From contig JBHGAY010000014.1 in NCBI GenBank assembly GCA_041946735.1, positions 1 through 64,000 of the forward strand: a stretch of DNA of 64,000 bases, in the 5' to 3' direction. The notes beneath the pieces are model-generated. The model was not told where the DNA came from. It did no database searches and saw only the letters and a program-made list of their open reading frames with translations. Of this stretch, positions 51,631 to 61,629 are shown piece after piece. The position numbers and the translations under genes are program-made. Positions within the stretch are counted from its first letter, which is position 1. Every line of letters starts with the position of its first letter. The DNA is from Candidatus Eiseniibacteriota bacterium (lineage in GTDB: Bacteria > Eisenbacteria > RBG-16-71-46 > CAIMUX01 > VGJL01).

Positions 51631-52154
51631 GCGTGCTTTTGGTGATCCGAGCGAGCGCAACGGGCGAGAAGAATGGCGCGTCTGCGCGCTTCTCCTGACG
51701 AAAAGAGCGGATTCCGAGTGCTGGATTCGGGGCCGGCCCGCTGGCGCTCGCTCGCACTCCTCGCCGGGATCCAGTGCTCTTCCGTATACCCCGATCCAAG
51801 TTCCAAACTATCACCCCGCCTTGAAACGTGCAATGAACAGCCGCCATGCCGCCCGCATCACCATTGATTGAACATTCGGATAATGTATCGAGGAGCAACC
51901 CGCGGAATGAACCAGGCGTCACTACGGCACCTTCACGTCGCGTGCCGTGGCGGGGATCCTTCGGCACCCCCGCGCCGCGACCGGCTCTCTGCCGCCGACC
52001 CTCGGACTTGGTGGCGGACGAGCGTCGTTCCCCGCGCCCGTTCGCGCCTGCTACCATCGGCGGGGTGGAATCGCGGACGCGCCGGGAGAGAAGGGTGGGA
52101 CGGCCCGCGGCCCGACGACGAAGCAGGAGAGGAAGCAGGAGATAAGGAGGAACG

Positions 52155-53048
52155 ATGCGCACCAGGGCGGACGGCGATCGGCAGCCGATCCCCGCGCCGT
52201 CGCTTGCGCACGTTCCGCGGAACCCGAGGCTTGCGCCGGCCCCTCTTCTCGCCCTCCCCGCCCTTCTCGCCCTCTGCGTCCTCCTCGCCCTCTTTGCCGT
52301 GCTGTCAGCCGGCCGGGCGGACGGAAGGCCGGTCCGTCCCCTTCTCGTCTCCGCCGCCTCGAGCCTGCAGGATGTGCTTCGCAATGTGGCGGCCGCGTAC
52401 GAGCGAGGCGGGCGGGACGTCGAAATCGAGGTGCAATCGGGATCCTCGGGCATGCTCGCTGTGCAGATCATGCGCGGCGCTCCGGTCGATCTCTTCGTCT
52501 CGGCCGACGAGGAGACGGCGATCGATCTCGCCGGGAGGGGGAAGCTCGAGATCCCGCTCTCCGTTCTCGCCCGCAATCGGGTCGTCCTCGTCGCGCCGGC
52601 CGGCCGGCCCGTCCCGATCGATCGCTACCAGGATCTCCTCGGACCTCGCGTTCGCCGCTTCGCTCTACCGGACACCACCGTCCCGATCGGCCGCTACGGG
52701 CAGCGCTTCCTCCGGGCGACAGGTCTCGAAGCCTCGCTCGAGGAGCGCCGGATCCGGACAGAGAACGTTCGCGCGAGCCTTGCGGCCGCCGAGACCGGGG
52801 CGGTCGACCTCGCGTTCGTCTACGCGACCGACGCGCGCCTCTCGGATCGGGTCCGCGTCGTCGCCGAGATCCCCGACAGCCTGACGGGACCGGTGCGGAT
52901 CGTCGCCGGCGTCGTGAGCGGAAGCGTGCTCTCGGCCGCCGCGCGCGACTTCCTGCGGTTTCTCCTCTCCGAAGAGGGACAGACGGAGTTCCGGCGGGCG
53001 GGCTTCTCGAGCGCCGCGCCGGCCCGCGCCGAAACCGCGCCGCGATGA
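52155..53048 (+). CDS. modA: Molybdate ABC transporter substrate-binding protein
   Basis: VSAASSL, GSSGMLAVQI...GAPVDLFVSA, VPIGRYG, ENVR and FVYATD. Confidence 0.93.
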   Translation: MRTRADGDRQPIPAPSLAHVPRNPRLAPAPLLALPALLALCVLLALFAVLSAGRADGRPVRPLLVSAASSLQDVLRNVAAAYERGGRDVEIEVQSGSSGMLAVQIMRGAPVDLFVSADEETAIDLAGRGKLEIPLSVLARNRVVLVAPAGRPVPIDRYQDLLGPRVRRFALPDTTVPIGRYGQRFLRATGLEASLEERRIRTENVRASLAAAETGAVDLAFVYATDARLSDRVRVVAEIPDSLTGPVRIVAGVVSGSVLSAAARDFLRFLLSEEGQTEFRRAGFSSAAPARAETAPR

Positions 53049-53719
53049 CCTCCATCGAGATCGCCTCCACCGTCCGCATCACGCTTCGCGTCGGGATCGC
53101 CGCGGTCCTCTTCGACCTCCTCCCCGCGATCGCCGCCGGCTGGTGGATCGCGCGCGGGCGCTTCCGCGGCAAGGCCCTGTTCGAGGCGTTCGTCTCGCTC
53201 CCGCTCGTGTTGCCGCCGGTCGCGGTCGGCTATCTGCTGCTGCTCCTGCTCGCGCCCCGCGGTCCAGCGGGGAGGCTCCTCGAGCCGCTCGGAGTCTCGC
53301 TGCTGTTCACCTGGGAGGCGGCCGCGCTCGCCTCGGCCGTGATGGCCTTCCCGCTTCTCGCCCGCGCCTCGGCGATCGCGTTCGCGGAGGTGCCGCCGCG
53401 CCTCGAGCAGGTGGCGCGCACGCTCGGCGCGGGGCGGGCGCGCTGCTTCTGGACGGTCACCCTTCCCCTCGCGCGGCGCGGCCTCGCCTACGGCGTCCTC
53501 CTCGCCTTCCTTCGCGCGCTAGGCGAGTTCGGCGCGACCGTGCTCGTCGCCGGCAACATCCCCGGGCGCACGCAGACCCTCGCGCTCGGCATCTACGACG
53601 CGGTGCAGACCGGGCGGGACCGCGACGGGCTCATGCTCGCCGGCATCTCCATCGCCTTCAGCCTTCTCGCCGTCTTCCTCGGGGAGCGCTGGGCTCATCG
53701 CCAGCGCGGCACGGCATGA
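53045..53719 (+). CDS. modB: Molybdate ABC transporter permease
   Basis: LPLVLPPVAVGY and RALGEFGAT...AGNIPGRTQT. Confidence 0.95.
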   Translation: MTSIEIASTVRITLRVGIAAVLFDLLPAIAAGWWIARGRFRGKALFEAFVSLPLVLPPVAVGYLLLLLLAPRGPAGRLLEPLGVSLLFTWEAAALASAVMAFPLLARASAIAFAEVPPRLEQVARTLGAGRARCFWTVTLPLARRGLAYGVLLAFLRALGEFGATVLVAGNIPGRTQTLALGIYDAVQTGRDRDGLMLAGISIAFSLLAVFLGERWAHRQRGTA

Positions 53720-54807
53720 CGGCCTCCTGCGAGATCGCCGCGCGGCAGGAGCTGCCCGGCTTCGTCCTCGATCTCGAGATGGGCTGGTCTTCGCGGGCCG
53801 TCGCGATCTTCGGGCCGTCGGGCGCGGGGAAGAGCTCGCTCCTCGAGATCCTCTCCGGCGTGCGCCGGGCCGACTCGGCGCGGATCGTCCTCTACGGCCG
53901 CCTGCTCGAGGACAGCGCGGCGGGTGTCTCGCTCGCGCCCGAGCGGCGGCATCTCGGCTGGGTCCCCCAGGACGCCGCGCTCTTTCCCCACCTCACGGTC
54001 GAGGAGAACGTGCGCTACGGCACGCGGCGCGGCGGAGGACCGGCACCAGGGCGGGCGCCGTCGCTCGAGCGGGCGATCGAGATGCTCGAGATCGGCCGGC
54101 TGCTGGAGCGGCGCCCGGCCGAGCTGAGCGGCGGGGAGCGGCAGCGCGTCGCCTTCGCCCGCGCGCTCGCCCGTGATCCGGCGGCTCTGCTGCTCGATGA
54201 GCCGCTCGCCTCTCTCGATCTTCCGCTCCGCGCGCGGATCTTTCCCTACCTGCTCCGGATGCGACAGGAGGCCGACGTGCCGATCCTCTACGTGACGCAC
54301 GACGCCGGCGAGGCGCTCGCGCTCGCCGATCATGTCGTGGTCCTCGAAGGCGGGCGGTGCGTCGCGGCTGGGCCGCCCGAACAGCTCCTCCGCACGCCGG
54401 CAACCCTGCGCCTGCTCGATCTGCTCCGCCTCGAGAACCGTCTCGTCGTGGCGACCGCGCGGGAGCAGCCGGAGAGGGGCTGGACAGCGATCGAGATCGA
54501 GGGAGGGCTGAGGATCGCCGGACCGGCCGGCGCCGGCTTTCGTGAAGGCGAAGCGATCGGCATCCGCGCGGAGGACATCCTCGTCGCTCGCGAGAAGCCG
54601 GGGGCGATCTCGGCGCGGAACATCCTGCCCGCTCGCCTTCTGGAGATGCAAGACGAGGGGGAGAGGATTCTTCTCTCGCTGGAAAGCAGCGGCGTCGCGC
54701 TGCGAGCGACGATCACGCGCGATGCCGCCGGGGATCTCGCGCTGGCTCCCGGGCAAGGGGTCTGGCTCGTCTTCAAGGCGCAGGCGGTGCACCGGCTGAT
54801 CGAGTGA
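53716..54807 (+). CDS. modC: Molybdate ABC transporter ATP-binding protein
   Basis: GPSGAGKS, LFPHLTV, LSGGERQRV and a C-terminal TOBE domain (ISARNIL). Confidence 0.93.
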   Translation: MTASCEIAARQELPGFVLDLEMGWSSRAVAIFGPSGAGKSSLLEILSGVRRADSARIVLYGRLLEDSAAGVSLAPERRHLGWVPQDAALFPHLTVEENVRYGTRRGGGPAPGRAPSLERAIEMLEIGRLLERRPAELSGGERQRVAFARALARDPAALLLDEPLASLDLPLRARIFPYLLRMRQEADVPILYVTHDAGEALALADHVVVLEGGRCVAAGPPEQLLRTPATLRLLDLLRLENRLVVATAREQPERGWTAIEIEGGLRIAGPAGAGFREGEAIGIRAEDILVAREKPGAISARNILPARLLEMQDEGERILLSLESSGVALRATITRDAAGDLALAPGQGVWLVFKAQAVHRLIE

Positions 54808-54811
54808 CCGG

Positions 54812-54885
54812 GCCATCCGACCGAGCCATCCGAGCGAGCCATCCGAGCGAGCCATCCGAGTAGCCGTCCCGGCCAGTCATCCGAG
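54812..54885. repeat. 13-bp tandem repeat (GCCATCCGAGCGA), 4 copies plus 2 degenerate
   Basis: GCCATCCGA at 54812, 54825, 54838 and 54851, right after the modC stop. Confidence 0.85.
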
Positions 54886-54895
54886 CGATCCACTG

Positions 54896-54936
54896 GAAGG
54901 CCCGCCCCCGAATCGGGAGCGGGCCTTCGTTCGTTC
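54896..54936. terminator. Hairpin terminator between convergent genes
   Basis: GAAGGCCCGCCCCCG-AAT-CGGGAGCGGGCCTTC followed by GTTCGTTC. Confidence 0.7.
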
Positions 54937-54989
54937 ACCCGACCTCGTCGATCGGGCTCCGTTCGGTCAGGTTCGTGCGACTCGCCGGT

Positions 54990-57146
54990 CTACCGGAAGG
55001 TCGCCTTCACCTTGCCCCACGAGGTCTTCTCGGTGGCCACGTAGGCGCAAGGCGTGTTGCCCTCGTTGTCCGGCTCGCAGTTCGTCCCATCGCCGATGTA
55101 GTTCTCGGGATGGTTCGGATCGATCGCGAGGCAGCCTTCCAGGGTGAGGACCTGGCAGGTCCCGTTGCCCGGGCAGCACGCGCCGAAGCAGCTGGTCGCC
55201 GGATCGCAGACCGTCTGGTCCTCGTGATACGTCCCGCTGACCGCGCCGCAGTCGTCGGGCGAGTTCACGAGGAGGCAGGTGCCGTCCGCAAGGCAGCAGA
55301 CCCGCGGCTGCGGGCAAGGATTCGGATCGCACAGGGTGCCGCCGCCTTGGAAGACGCCGCCACCGGTCGTGCACTCCTCCTCCGTCGCCGCGATCGTGCA
55401 GCTTCCGTCCGCCGCGCAGCAGGCGCCTTCCGGCACCGGCGTGCACGGATTCGGATCGCAGACCGTGTCGGGACCCTGGAAGGTGCCGCCCGCGGTCTGG
55501 CAATCCGCGAAGTTGGACAGCGTGCAATCGCCGTTGTCCGCGCAGCACGCTCCGGTGCCGCAAGGAACCGGATCGCAGACCGTCCCGGCGCCGAGGAACG
55601 TGCCGGCGCAGTCGGCCGCGAGCACGTAGGTGCAGGCGTTGTTCTCGGCGCAGCACGCGCCGTACTCGCCGCACGGCGTGGGATCGCAGACACCGCCCTC
55701 GACCCAACCTCCGGCGAGCGTCGTGCAGTACGCCTCGGTGTAGACCGCGCAGGTGCCGTCGGGCAGACAGCAGGCTCCGGTGCCCGGACACGGATCCGGA
55801 TCGCAAGACGTTCCCGCGCCCTGGAAGACGCCGTGCTGCGTGTTGCAGTCGGTCTCGCTCAGCAGCTGGCAGCTCCCGTCGGGCAGGCAGCAAGCGTACT
55901 CAGGCTGATCGCAGTCGTTCGGATCGCACACCGTGTCGGCGCCCTGCCACTCGCCCTGCTGGCTGGCGCACTGCTCTTCCGTCCGGAGGATGCAGTTGCC
56001 GTTCGCCAAGCAGCACGCTCCCGTCGGAGGCTGCGGGCACTCGACCGTATCGCAGGTCGTCCCGGCGCCCTGGAACGTTCCACCGGCCGCCGTGCAGGCC
56101 GCTTCATCCGGATAGACCGTGCACGATCCGTTCGGGAAGCAGCAGGCTCCGTTCTGGTTCACGCAAGGGTTGGGTTCGCAGTCCGTCCCCTCGCCCAGCC
56201 ACTGCTGGTCGAACGACTCGCAAGCGTACTGGGTCTGGATCGAGCAGAGGCCGCCCTGCGTGCAGCAGGCGCCGGTCGGCGGCTGCGGGCACTCCACCTG
56301 ATCGCAGCTCGACGGGTAGCCCTGGAACACGCCTTCGAGAGCCGCGCAGTCGACGATGTTCACCGTCTGGCACTGGCCGGTGGCGGGAACGCAGCAGGCC
56401 GCGGTGCAGGGGTTCGGGTCGCAAACGGTGCCCGGGCCCTGCGGAGTTCCGTTCTGCGTGAGGCAGTCCGCGGCGAGGATCAACTGGCACGAACCGTCGC
56501 TCAAGCAGCACGCTTCGTTCTCCGCGACGGGGCACTCGTTGTATCCCTGGTCGGAGAACCAGTAGACGCGTCCGAACTTGGTCACCAGATCCTCGATCGG
56601 CGGCACGCTGTCGTCGGCGAACTTGGCGTTGCCGTAGCGGGGATCGACGTTGGCGCCGAAGTAGGAGTTCGCATCCACTCCATACGCGGCGAACCAGTAG
56701 AACGGGAAGAGGGTGGTGGTCATCGACTGTCCCTCTGTCAGGGACCAGAAGTTTCCCGAGGGAGAGGTGTCGGGGAACCCAGGTTGCGGAAGCTCCAATG
56801 CGCTCGGCGGACAGGCATCGAACGCCTCGATGTATCCCTGTCCCTGAGGCAGGTTGTGCTCGACACCGAACTGGATGCCCGCCACCACGGGCTCCGCGGT
56901 CGGCACGAACGCGGCGAGGAACCAGATCACCGCAGCGTGATTGACGTCCACATCGCTGCGAACTCCGGCCACCTCGCAACTAGCCGGTTTGTTGGCCTCA
57001 TAGACCGTGCCGCAGTAGTCCTGGCCTACGGAATAGGCCAGGGTCGGGTTCGTGTGGACGATGAGAGCCCCGTTGGCATTCTTGCCAGCCCACGCGGGAC
57101 ACGTGGCGAGGGCAAGAAGCCCCAGAGCCAGTAGAAGCCTTTTCAT
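54990..57146 (-). CDS. Secreted protein: unknown N-terminal domain, 12 Cys-rich repeats, C-terminal SWGKVKATFR
   Basis: GGAGG RBS, signal peptide MKRLLLALGLLALATCPAWA and GACCxxxGxC repeats. Confidence 0.9.
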   Translation of the reverse strand: MKRLLLALGLLALATCPAWAGKNANGALIVHTNPTLAYSVGQDYCGTVYEANKPASCEVAGVRSDVDVNHAAVIWFLAAFVPTAEPVVAGIQFGVEHNLPQGQGYIEAFDACPPSALELPQPGFPDTSPSGNFWSLTEGQSMTTTLFPFYWFAAYGVDANSYFGANVDPRYGNAKFADDSVPPIEDLVTKFGRVYWFSDQGYNECPVAENEACCLSDGSCQLILAADCLTQNGTPQGPGTVCDPNPCTAACCVPATGQCQTVNIVDCAALEGVFQGYPSSCDQVECPQPPTGACCTQGGLCSIQTQYACESFDQQWLGEGTDCEPNPCVNQNGACCFPNGSCTVYPDEAACTAAGGTFQGAGTTCDTVECPQPPTGACCLANGNCILRTEEQCASQQGEWQGADTVCDPNDCDQPEYACCLPDGSCQLLSETDCNTQHGVFQGAGTSCDPDPCPGTGACCLPDGTCAVYTEAYCTTLAGGWVEGGVCDPTPCGEYGACCAENNACTYVLAADCAGTFLGAGTVCDPVPCGTGACCADNGDCTLSNFADCQTAGGTFQGPDTVCDPNPCTPVPEGACCAADGSCTIAATEEECTTGGGVFQGGGTLCDPNPCPQPRVCCLADGTCLLVNSPDDCGAVSGTYHEDQTVCDPATSCFGACCPGNGTCQVLTLEGCLAIDPNHPENYIGDGTNCEPDNEGNTPCAYVATEKTSWGKVKATFR

Positions 57147-57545
57147 GAGTACTCGACCTCCCTTGACGACCGGACTCGGCTCCCGAGCCGACAACCTAGA
57201 CCGAAACCGTGCCCGCCCCTTTCGACACGGAGCCAACTGCCGGAATCCTCCGTCCTTGATCCGGCCCACGCGGCCGCTTTCCGGCGAAGCTATTCTAGCC
57301 CGATGAGTTGCGGTGTTCAGCCGTGAAAAGTTCCGGCTGCCTTGCTCTCCTCGAGCCTCGAATCGTGGGCGGACCTTCGAGGACCTGATCCATTGGGCTC
57401 CCCCAAAGGAGTCCCGGCTGAAATGTAATGCCTGCGCGGGAACGGCGCCACAGAACTTCCTGTCACCCGGACGGACCCGAGGGACCGGATGCGCGCGAAT
57501 TGGGCGCCGGGAAGGATCGTGGCCGTGCGCGAACGTTCGAGTGGG

Positions 57546-57602
57546 AAGCGGGACGGGGCCGCCCATGCGACGCCCGTCCCGCTTGCAATGCCCGTCCCGC
57601 TT
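57546..57602. terminator. Hairpin with a duplicated right arm, downstream of the BNR-repeat gene
   Basis: AAGCGGGACGGG can pair with CCCGTCCCGCTT at either 57573 or 57591. Confidence 0.5.
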
Positions 57603-57620
57603 ATCTCGAGGATCAGAGGA

Positions 57621-59312
57621 TCAGTGGATGCGAACAATGCTCGACCCGATCCCGGGTCGGTCACCGTCGACGCGAACATAGTAGACGCCCGGCGAGAGCG
57701 GACGTCCCTGCTCGTCTCGCCCGTCCCAGGAGAGGATGGTTCCCTCTCCGGCTCCGGTCGCGCGAAGCCTGCGCACCTCCCGCCCGGAGACGTCGAGGAT
57801 CGAGAGGATCGAGACCGCGCCGGCGGGGAGCGACATGTGGAAGCGAGCCTCGGAGCCGACGGCCGAAGGGTTCGGGAGGACGTCAAGGCGCGGGGCCGCT
57901 GCGATCGCCGCGCCGCCTCCCGCGACGGATGCAGGAGCGCGCAGCACCGAGGCGTAGGTGTCCTGATCGCCGTTGCGCGTGTCGGTCCACACCGGATGGA
58001 TCACACCCGCGCCGACCGCCACGCCGCTGTACTCCCCGATCAATCCCGCGCGTGTGCCTGCGAGAGGAAGACCGGGCCGGGGATCGGGCAGTCCCGCCTC
58101 GCCCGCCGGCATCCAGCTTGGGACGCCGGCGCCGTTGGCAGCGTCTCCCGGGCTCGAAGGGACCGTGGTGATCCGGAGGTTCGTCTCCCACGTCAGCCCC
58201 CCATCGGTCGAGCGCGAGAGATAGATGTGCCAGAGATAGTTCGCCGGGTCGTCGCGCCGGTCGTACCAGGTGGCGATCAACGCCCCCTGCTCGTCGCACG
58301 TGACCCAGGGATGGAACTGGTCCCGGAGGAGACCGGGGGCGTCGTCGTTGATGCGGACCCGATCGCTCCACGTCTGGCCGTCGTCGGTCGAGCGCCGGCA
58401 CCAGACGTCCATCCCGTTGGCCGGGATCGCGCGATCGGCGTAGACGCAATAGACGGTCCCCGCGCGCGGGCCGTCCGTCTCATCCATCGCGAGGCTCGGG
58501 TACGGGAAGACGGTGATCGCTCCGTTGATGTCCTCTTGCGGCTGCGTCGTCGTGGTGGTGAGCGTGCGATCGACTCCCCAGGTCGCGCCGCCGTTCGTCG
58601 AGATGTCGAACGCGATGCGAGGGTTCGAGTAGACGCACCATGCGACCAGCAGGTTGCCGTTGCGCAGCACGATCGGCACCGGCCACTGCGCCGCAACACC
58701 GGCGTCCGACACCGGGACGGGCGAGGTCCACGTTTCGCCCCGGTCGCTCGAGGCGACGCAGTGGATGCGCATCTCATAGAAGCGCGACCAGGAGATGTAG
58801 AGGTTGCCGTCGCGTGGCCCGCCGGTCCTGTCGGCCGCAATCCACTCCTTGTCCTCGAAGGTCGCCCCGTTGGACTGCACCGCCTGGAACGGCCCTTCCC
58901 ACGAGGCCCCTCCGTCGGGCGAGCGGTGGACGGAGATCTGATTCGCCCCTCCGTCCACGTAATTGATGACGACGAGGTAGAAGGTGCCCTCGCGATCGGT
59001 GACGAGCACCGGGTCGCTGTCCCACGGGAGGACGCCGCCGATCAGATGGTCCGTCCAGGTGAGGCCGCCATCGAACGACGCGCCGACGCCCACCTGCCGG
59101 TACCCGAGGCGGAAGTCGCGCCACGCGGCCACGACGTTGCCGGCATCGAGCGGATGGACGCGGATCTGCTGTTCGTTCTGAAGCTGATGGCTGTCGTCGG
59201 TGTTCAGGCGGATCTGCGGATAGTCGGCTCGCGCGGCAGGAACGAGGAGCGCGAGCAGCGCCACCGAGAAGAGCATGGATGCGAAGAATCCGGGCGCCTT
59301 GCCTCCGGGCAT
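57621..59312 (-). CDS. Secreted BNR/Asp-box beta-propeller (sialidase-like) protein with C-terminal FlgD-Ig domain
   Basis: Six SxDxGxTW-type Asp boxes (SFDGGLTW, SPDGGASW, SSDRGETW, STNGGATW, STDDGQTW, STDGGLTW). C-terminal PNPS...DVSGREVR...WDGRD...GVY. Confidence 0.88.
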   Translation of the reverse strand: MPGGKAPGFFASMLFSVALLALLVPAARADYPQIRLNTDDSHQLQNEQQIRVHPLDAGNVVAAWRDFRLGYRQVGVGASFDGGLTWTDHLIGGVLPWDSDPVLVTDREGTFYLVVINYVDGGANQISVHRSPDGGASWEGPFQAVQSNGATFEDKEWIAADRTGGPRDGNLYISWSRFYEMRIHCVASSDRGETWTSPVPVSDAGVAAQWPVPIVLRNGNLLVAWCVYSNPRIAFDISTNGGATWGVDRTLTTTTTQPQEDINGAITVFPYPSLAMDETDGPRAGTVYCVYADRAIPANGMDVWCRRSTDDGQTWSDRVRINDDAPGLLRDQFHPWVTCDEQGALIATWYDRRDDPANYLWHIYLSRSTDGGLTWETNLRITTVPSSPGDAANGAGVPSWMPAGEAGLPDPRPGLPLAGTRAGLIGEYSGVAVGAGVIHPVWTDTRNGDQDTYASVLRAPASVAGGGAAIAAAPRLDVLPNPSAVGSEARFHMSLPAGAVSILSILDVSGREVRRLRATGAGEGTILSWDGRDEQGRPLSPGVYYVRVDGDRPGIGSSIVRIH

Positions 59313-59597
59313 CGGGAAACCTCCTTGGCGGGCGCGGCGCGATGCGCGCGCCCGCGGTCCCTGAGGGTGGACGCGGCCGGGAACAATCGTATCAGCCCCG
59401 TGTTCTGTTTCCTTCGGATTCCCGACGGCGACGCCTCTGCTACGCTTCGAGGTAGACCGAACGGACGCATGTGCGGAGGATCGAGCCGCGGCATCCCCCA
59501 TCCCTCTCGCGGCGTCCTCGCTCGACGTCCCGGCTCGCTTTCGACGTTCCGGCTCGCTCGACGTTCCGAAGTGCTTTGCTTCTGGAGGAGGTGGCGG

Positions 59598-60914
59598 ATG
59601 TCCCACAGGGGACGGATCATCCTCGGCGCGATCGTCCTCGTGATCGCGGCGATCGTCGTCTGGCGGATCGTCGCGAGGGACGAGGCGCAAGCCACGACGT
59701 TCCGGACCGAGGAGGTGCAGCGCGGCGACGTGCGCGTCACGGTCAGCGCGACCGGCACGCTGAATGCGGTCACGACCGTCCAGGTCGGAAGCCAGGTGAG
59801 CGGAACGATCAGCGCCCTGTACGCGGACTTCAACAGCCCGGTCCACAAGGGCCAGGTGCTCGCCCAGATCGACCCCACGTTTCTCAAAGCGCAGGTGTCG
59901 CAGAGCGAGGCCGACCTCGAGCGGGCGCAGGTCACGCTGCGCCAGGCGGAGCGGGACTACGACCGGCAGAAGCCGCTGCGCGAGCAGGGGCTCGCCTCGC
60001 AGGCGGAGATCGATGCGGCGGAGACGGCGCTCGACGCGGCGCGCGCGGGAGTGAAGTCGGCGCAGGCGGCGCTGTCGCGGGCGCAGACGAACCTGCGCTA
60101 CGCCACGATCACCTCCCCGATCGACGGCACCGTGATCTCCCGGGACGTCGACGTCGGCCAGACCGTCGCCGCCTCGCTCTCGGCGCCGACCCTCTTCACG
60201 ATCGCGCAGGACCTGAGCCAGATGCAGCTCGAGGCGTCGGTCGACGAGGCGGACATCGGGCAGATCCGCGTGAGCCAGCCGACGAGCTTCACGGTCGACG
60301 CCTATCCCGACCAGATCTTCCACGGCGTGGTGGAGCAGATCCGTCTCGCTCCGCAGACGGAGCAGAACGTCGTTTCCTATACCGTCATCGTCCGTGTCGA
60401 CAATCCGGACGGGAAGCTGCTCCCGGGGATGACCGCGAACGCGACGTTCCTCGTCGCGGAGGAGACGAACGTGCTCAAGGTCCCGGTGGCGGCGCTTCGC
60501 TTCCAGCCGAATGGGGCCCGCGGGCCGAGTCGGCCGCCGAGCGGAGGTACCGCTTCTGCGGCGCCGATCGGGCCGGGAGGGCCGGCAGCCGGAGGGCAAG
60601 GCGGGGCAGTGAACGGCGGGCGCCAAGGCGGAAGGATGGACGGGCCGGCTGGCGAGGGGGGGATGAACCATCCGGGAGCGGGCGGCCGCGGAGCGAGGGT
60701 CTGGGTGCTGCACGGAGAGAAGCCTCGGGCGGTGCATGTGGTCCCTGGCCTGAGCGACGGGACGTTCACGGCGGTGCGCTCGGACTCGCTGAGCGAGGGG
60801 ATGGAAGTGATCGTCGGGGCACAGCGGCCGGGCGGCGGGCAGCCGGAACAGGGGCAGGTGAATCCGTTCCTGCCGTCGCCGCGAGGAGGGCGGAGTGGTG
60901 GCGGCCGTCGCTGA
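59598..60914 (+). CDS. Efflux periplasmic adaptor (MacA-like)
   Basis: VSATGTL, VQVGSQVSG, ITSPIDGTV, GQTVAAS and VDEADIG. Confidence 0.93.
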   Translation: MSHRGRIILGAIVLVIAAIVVWRIVARDEAQATTFRTEEVQRGDVRVTVSATGTLNAVTTVQVGSQVSGTISALYADFNSPVHKGQVLAQIDPTFLKAQVSQSEADLERAQVTLRQAERDYDRQKPLREQGLASQAEIDAAETALDAARAGVKSAQAALSRAQTNLRYATITSPIDGTVISRDVDVGQTVAASLSAPTLFTIAQDLSQMQLEASVDEADIGQIRVSQPTSFTVDAYPDQIFHGVVEQIRLAPQTEQNVVSYTVIVRVDNPDGKLLPGMTANATFLVAEETNVLKVPVAALRFQPNGARGPSRPPSGGTASAAPIGPGGPAAGGQGGAVNGGRQGGRMDGPAGEGGMNHPGAGGRGARVWVLHGEKPRAVHVVPGLSDGTFTAVRSDSLSEGMEVIVGAQRPGGGQPEQGQVNPFLPSPRGGRSGGGRR

Positions 60915-61629
60915 TCCGGTCATTCGCGTGACCGACCTCGTCAAGGTCTATGGCGAGGGGGAGAGTCGCGTCGAGGCGCTCCGCGGGATTTCCTTCGAGA
61001 TCCGCCGCGGAGAGATGGTGTCGGTGATGGGGGCTTCGGGCAGCGGAAAGTCGACGCTGATGAACATCCTCGGATGCCTCGACCATCCCACCTCCGGACG
61101 CTACGAGCTGGCCGGGCAGGACGTCTCGAAGCTCGACCGCGACCGCCTCGCCGAGATCCGAAACCAGCTCATCGGTTTCATCTTCCAGAACTTCAACCTG
61201 CTGCCCAGGACCAGCGCGCTCGAGAACGTGGAGCTGCCGATGCTCTACGGCGCCAACGGCGGCGGTGGAATCGCGGAGCGCGCGAGGAAGGCGTTGGCCC
61301 GCGTGGGGCTCGCCGATCGCGCCAACCATGCGCCGAATCAGCTTTCGGGCGGGCAGCAACAGCGGGTCGCGATCGCCCGCGCGCTCGTCAACGACCCGGA
61401 GCTGCTGCTCGCCGACGAACCGACCGGCAACCTCGACACGACGACGTCCTATGAGGTGATGCGGGTGTTCCAGGAGCTGAACCGGGCGGGAATGACGATC
61501 CTGCTGATCACGCACGAGCCGGACATCGCGGCGTTCGGGCGGCGGGTGATCATGATGCGGGACGGCCGGATCGTCGAGGACCGGCCGGTCGCCGAGAAGG
61601 AGCGGCCGTCGATGGAGACGATGAGATGA
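60895..61629 (+). CDS. ABC ATP-binding protein (MacB/LolD-type)
   Basis: [22 protein letters not shown] and [10 protein letters not shown]. Confidence 0.95.
   Translation: MVAAVADPVIRVTDLVKVYGEGESRVEALRGISFEIRRGEMVSVMGASGSGKSTLMNILGCLDHPTSGRYELAGQDVSKLDRDRLAEIRNQLIGFIFQNFNLLPRTSALENVELPMLYGANGGGGIAERARKALARVGLADRANHAPNQLSGGQQQRVAIARALVNDPELLLADEPTGNLDTTTSYEVMRVFQELNRAGMTILLITHEPDIAAFGRRVIMMRDGRIVEDRPVAEKERPSMETMR

Noticed and set aside
51900..52150. Moco/Tuco riboswitch upstream of modA
   Set aside because: The position is suitable and GC hairpins exist, but I could not match the conserved motif by eye. An Rfam/Infernal scan would decide.
57160..57540. c-di-GMP or other riboswitch in the long leader of the Cys-rich gene
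   Set aside because: GAAA-capped hairpin-like segments are present, but there is no convincing match to the GEMM consensus.
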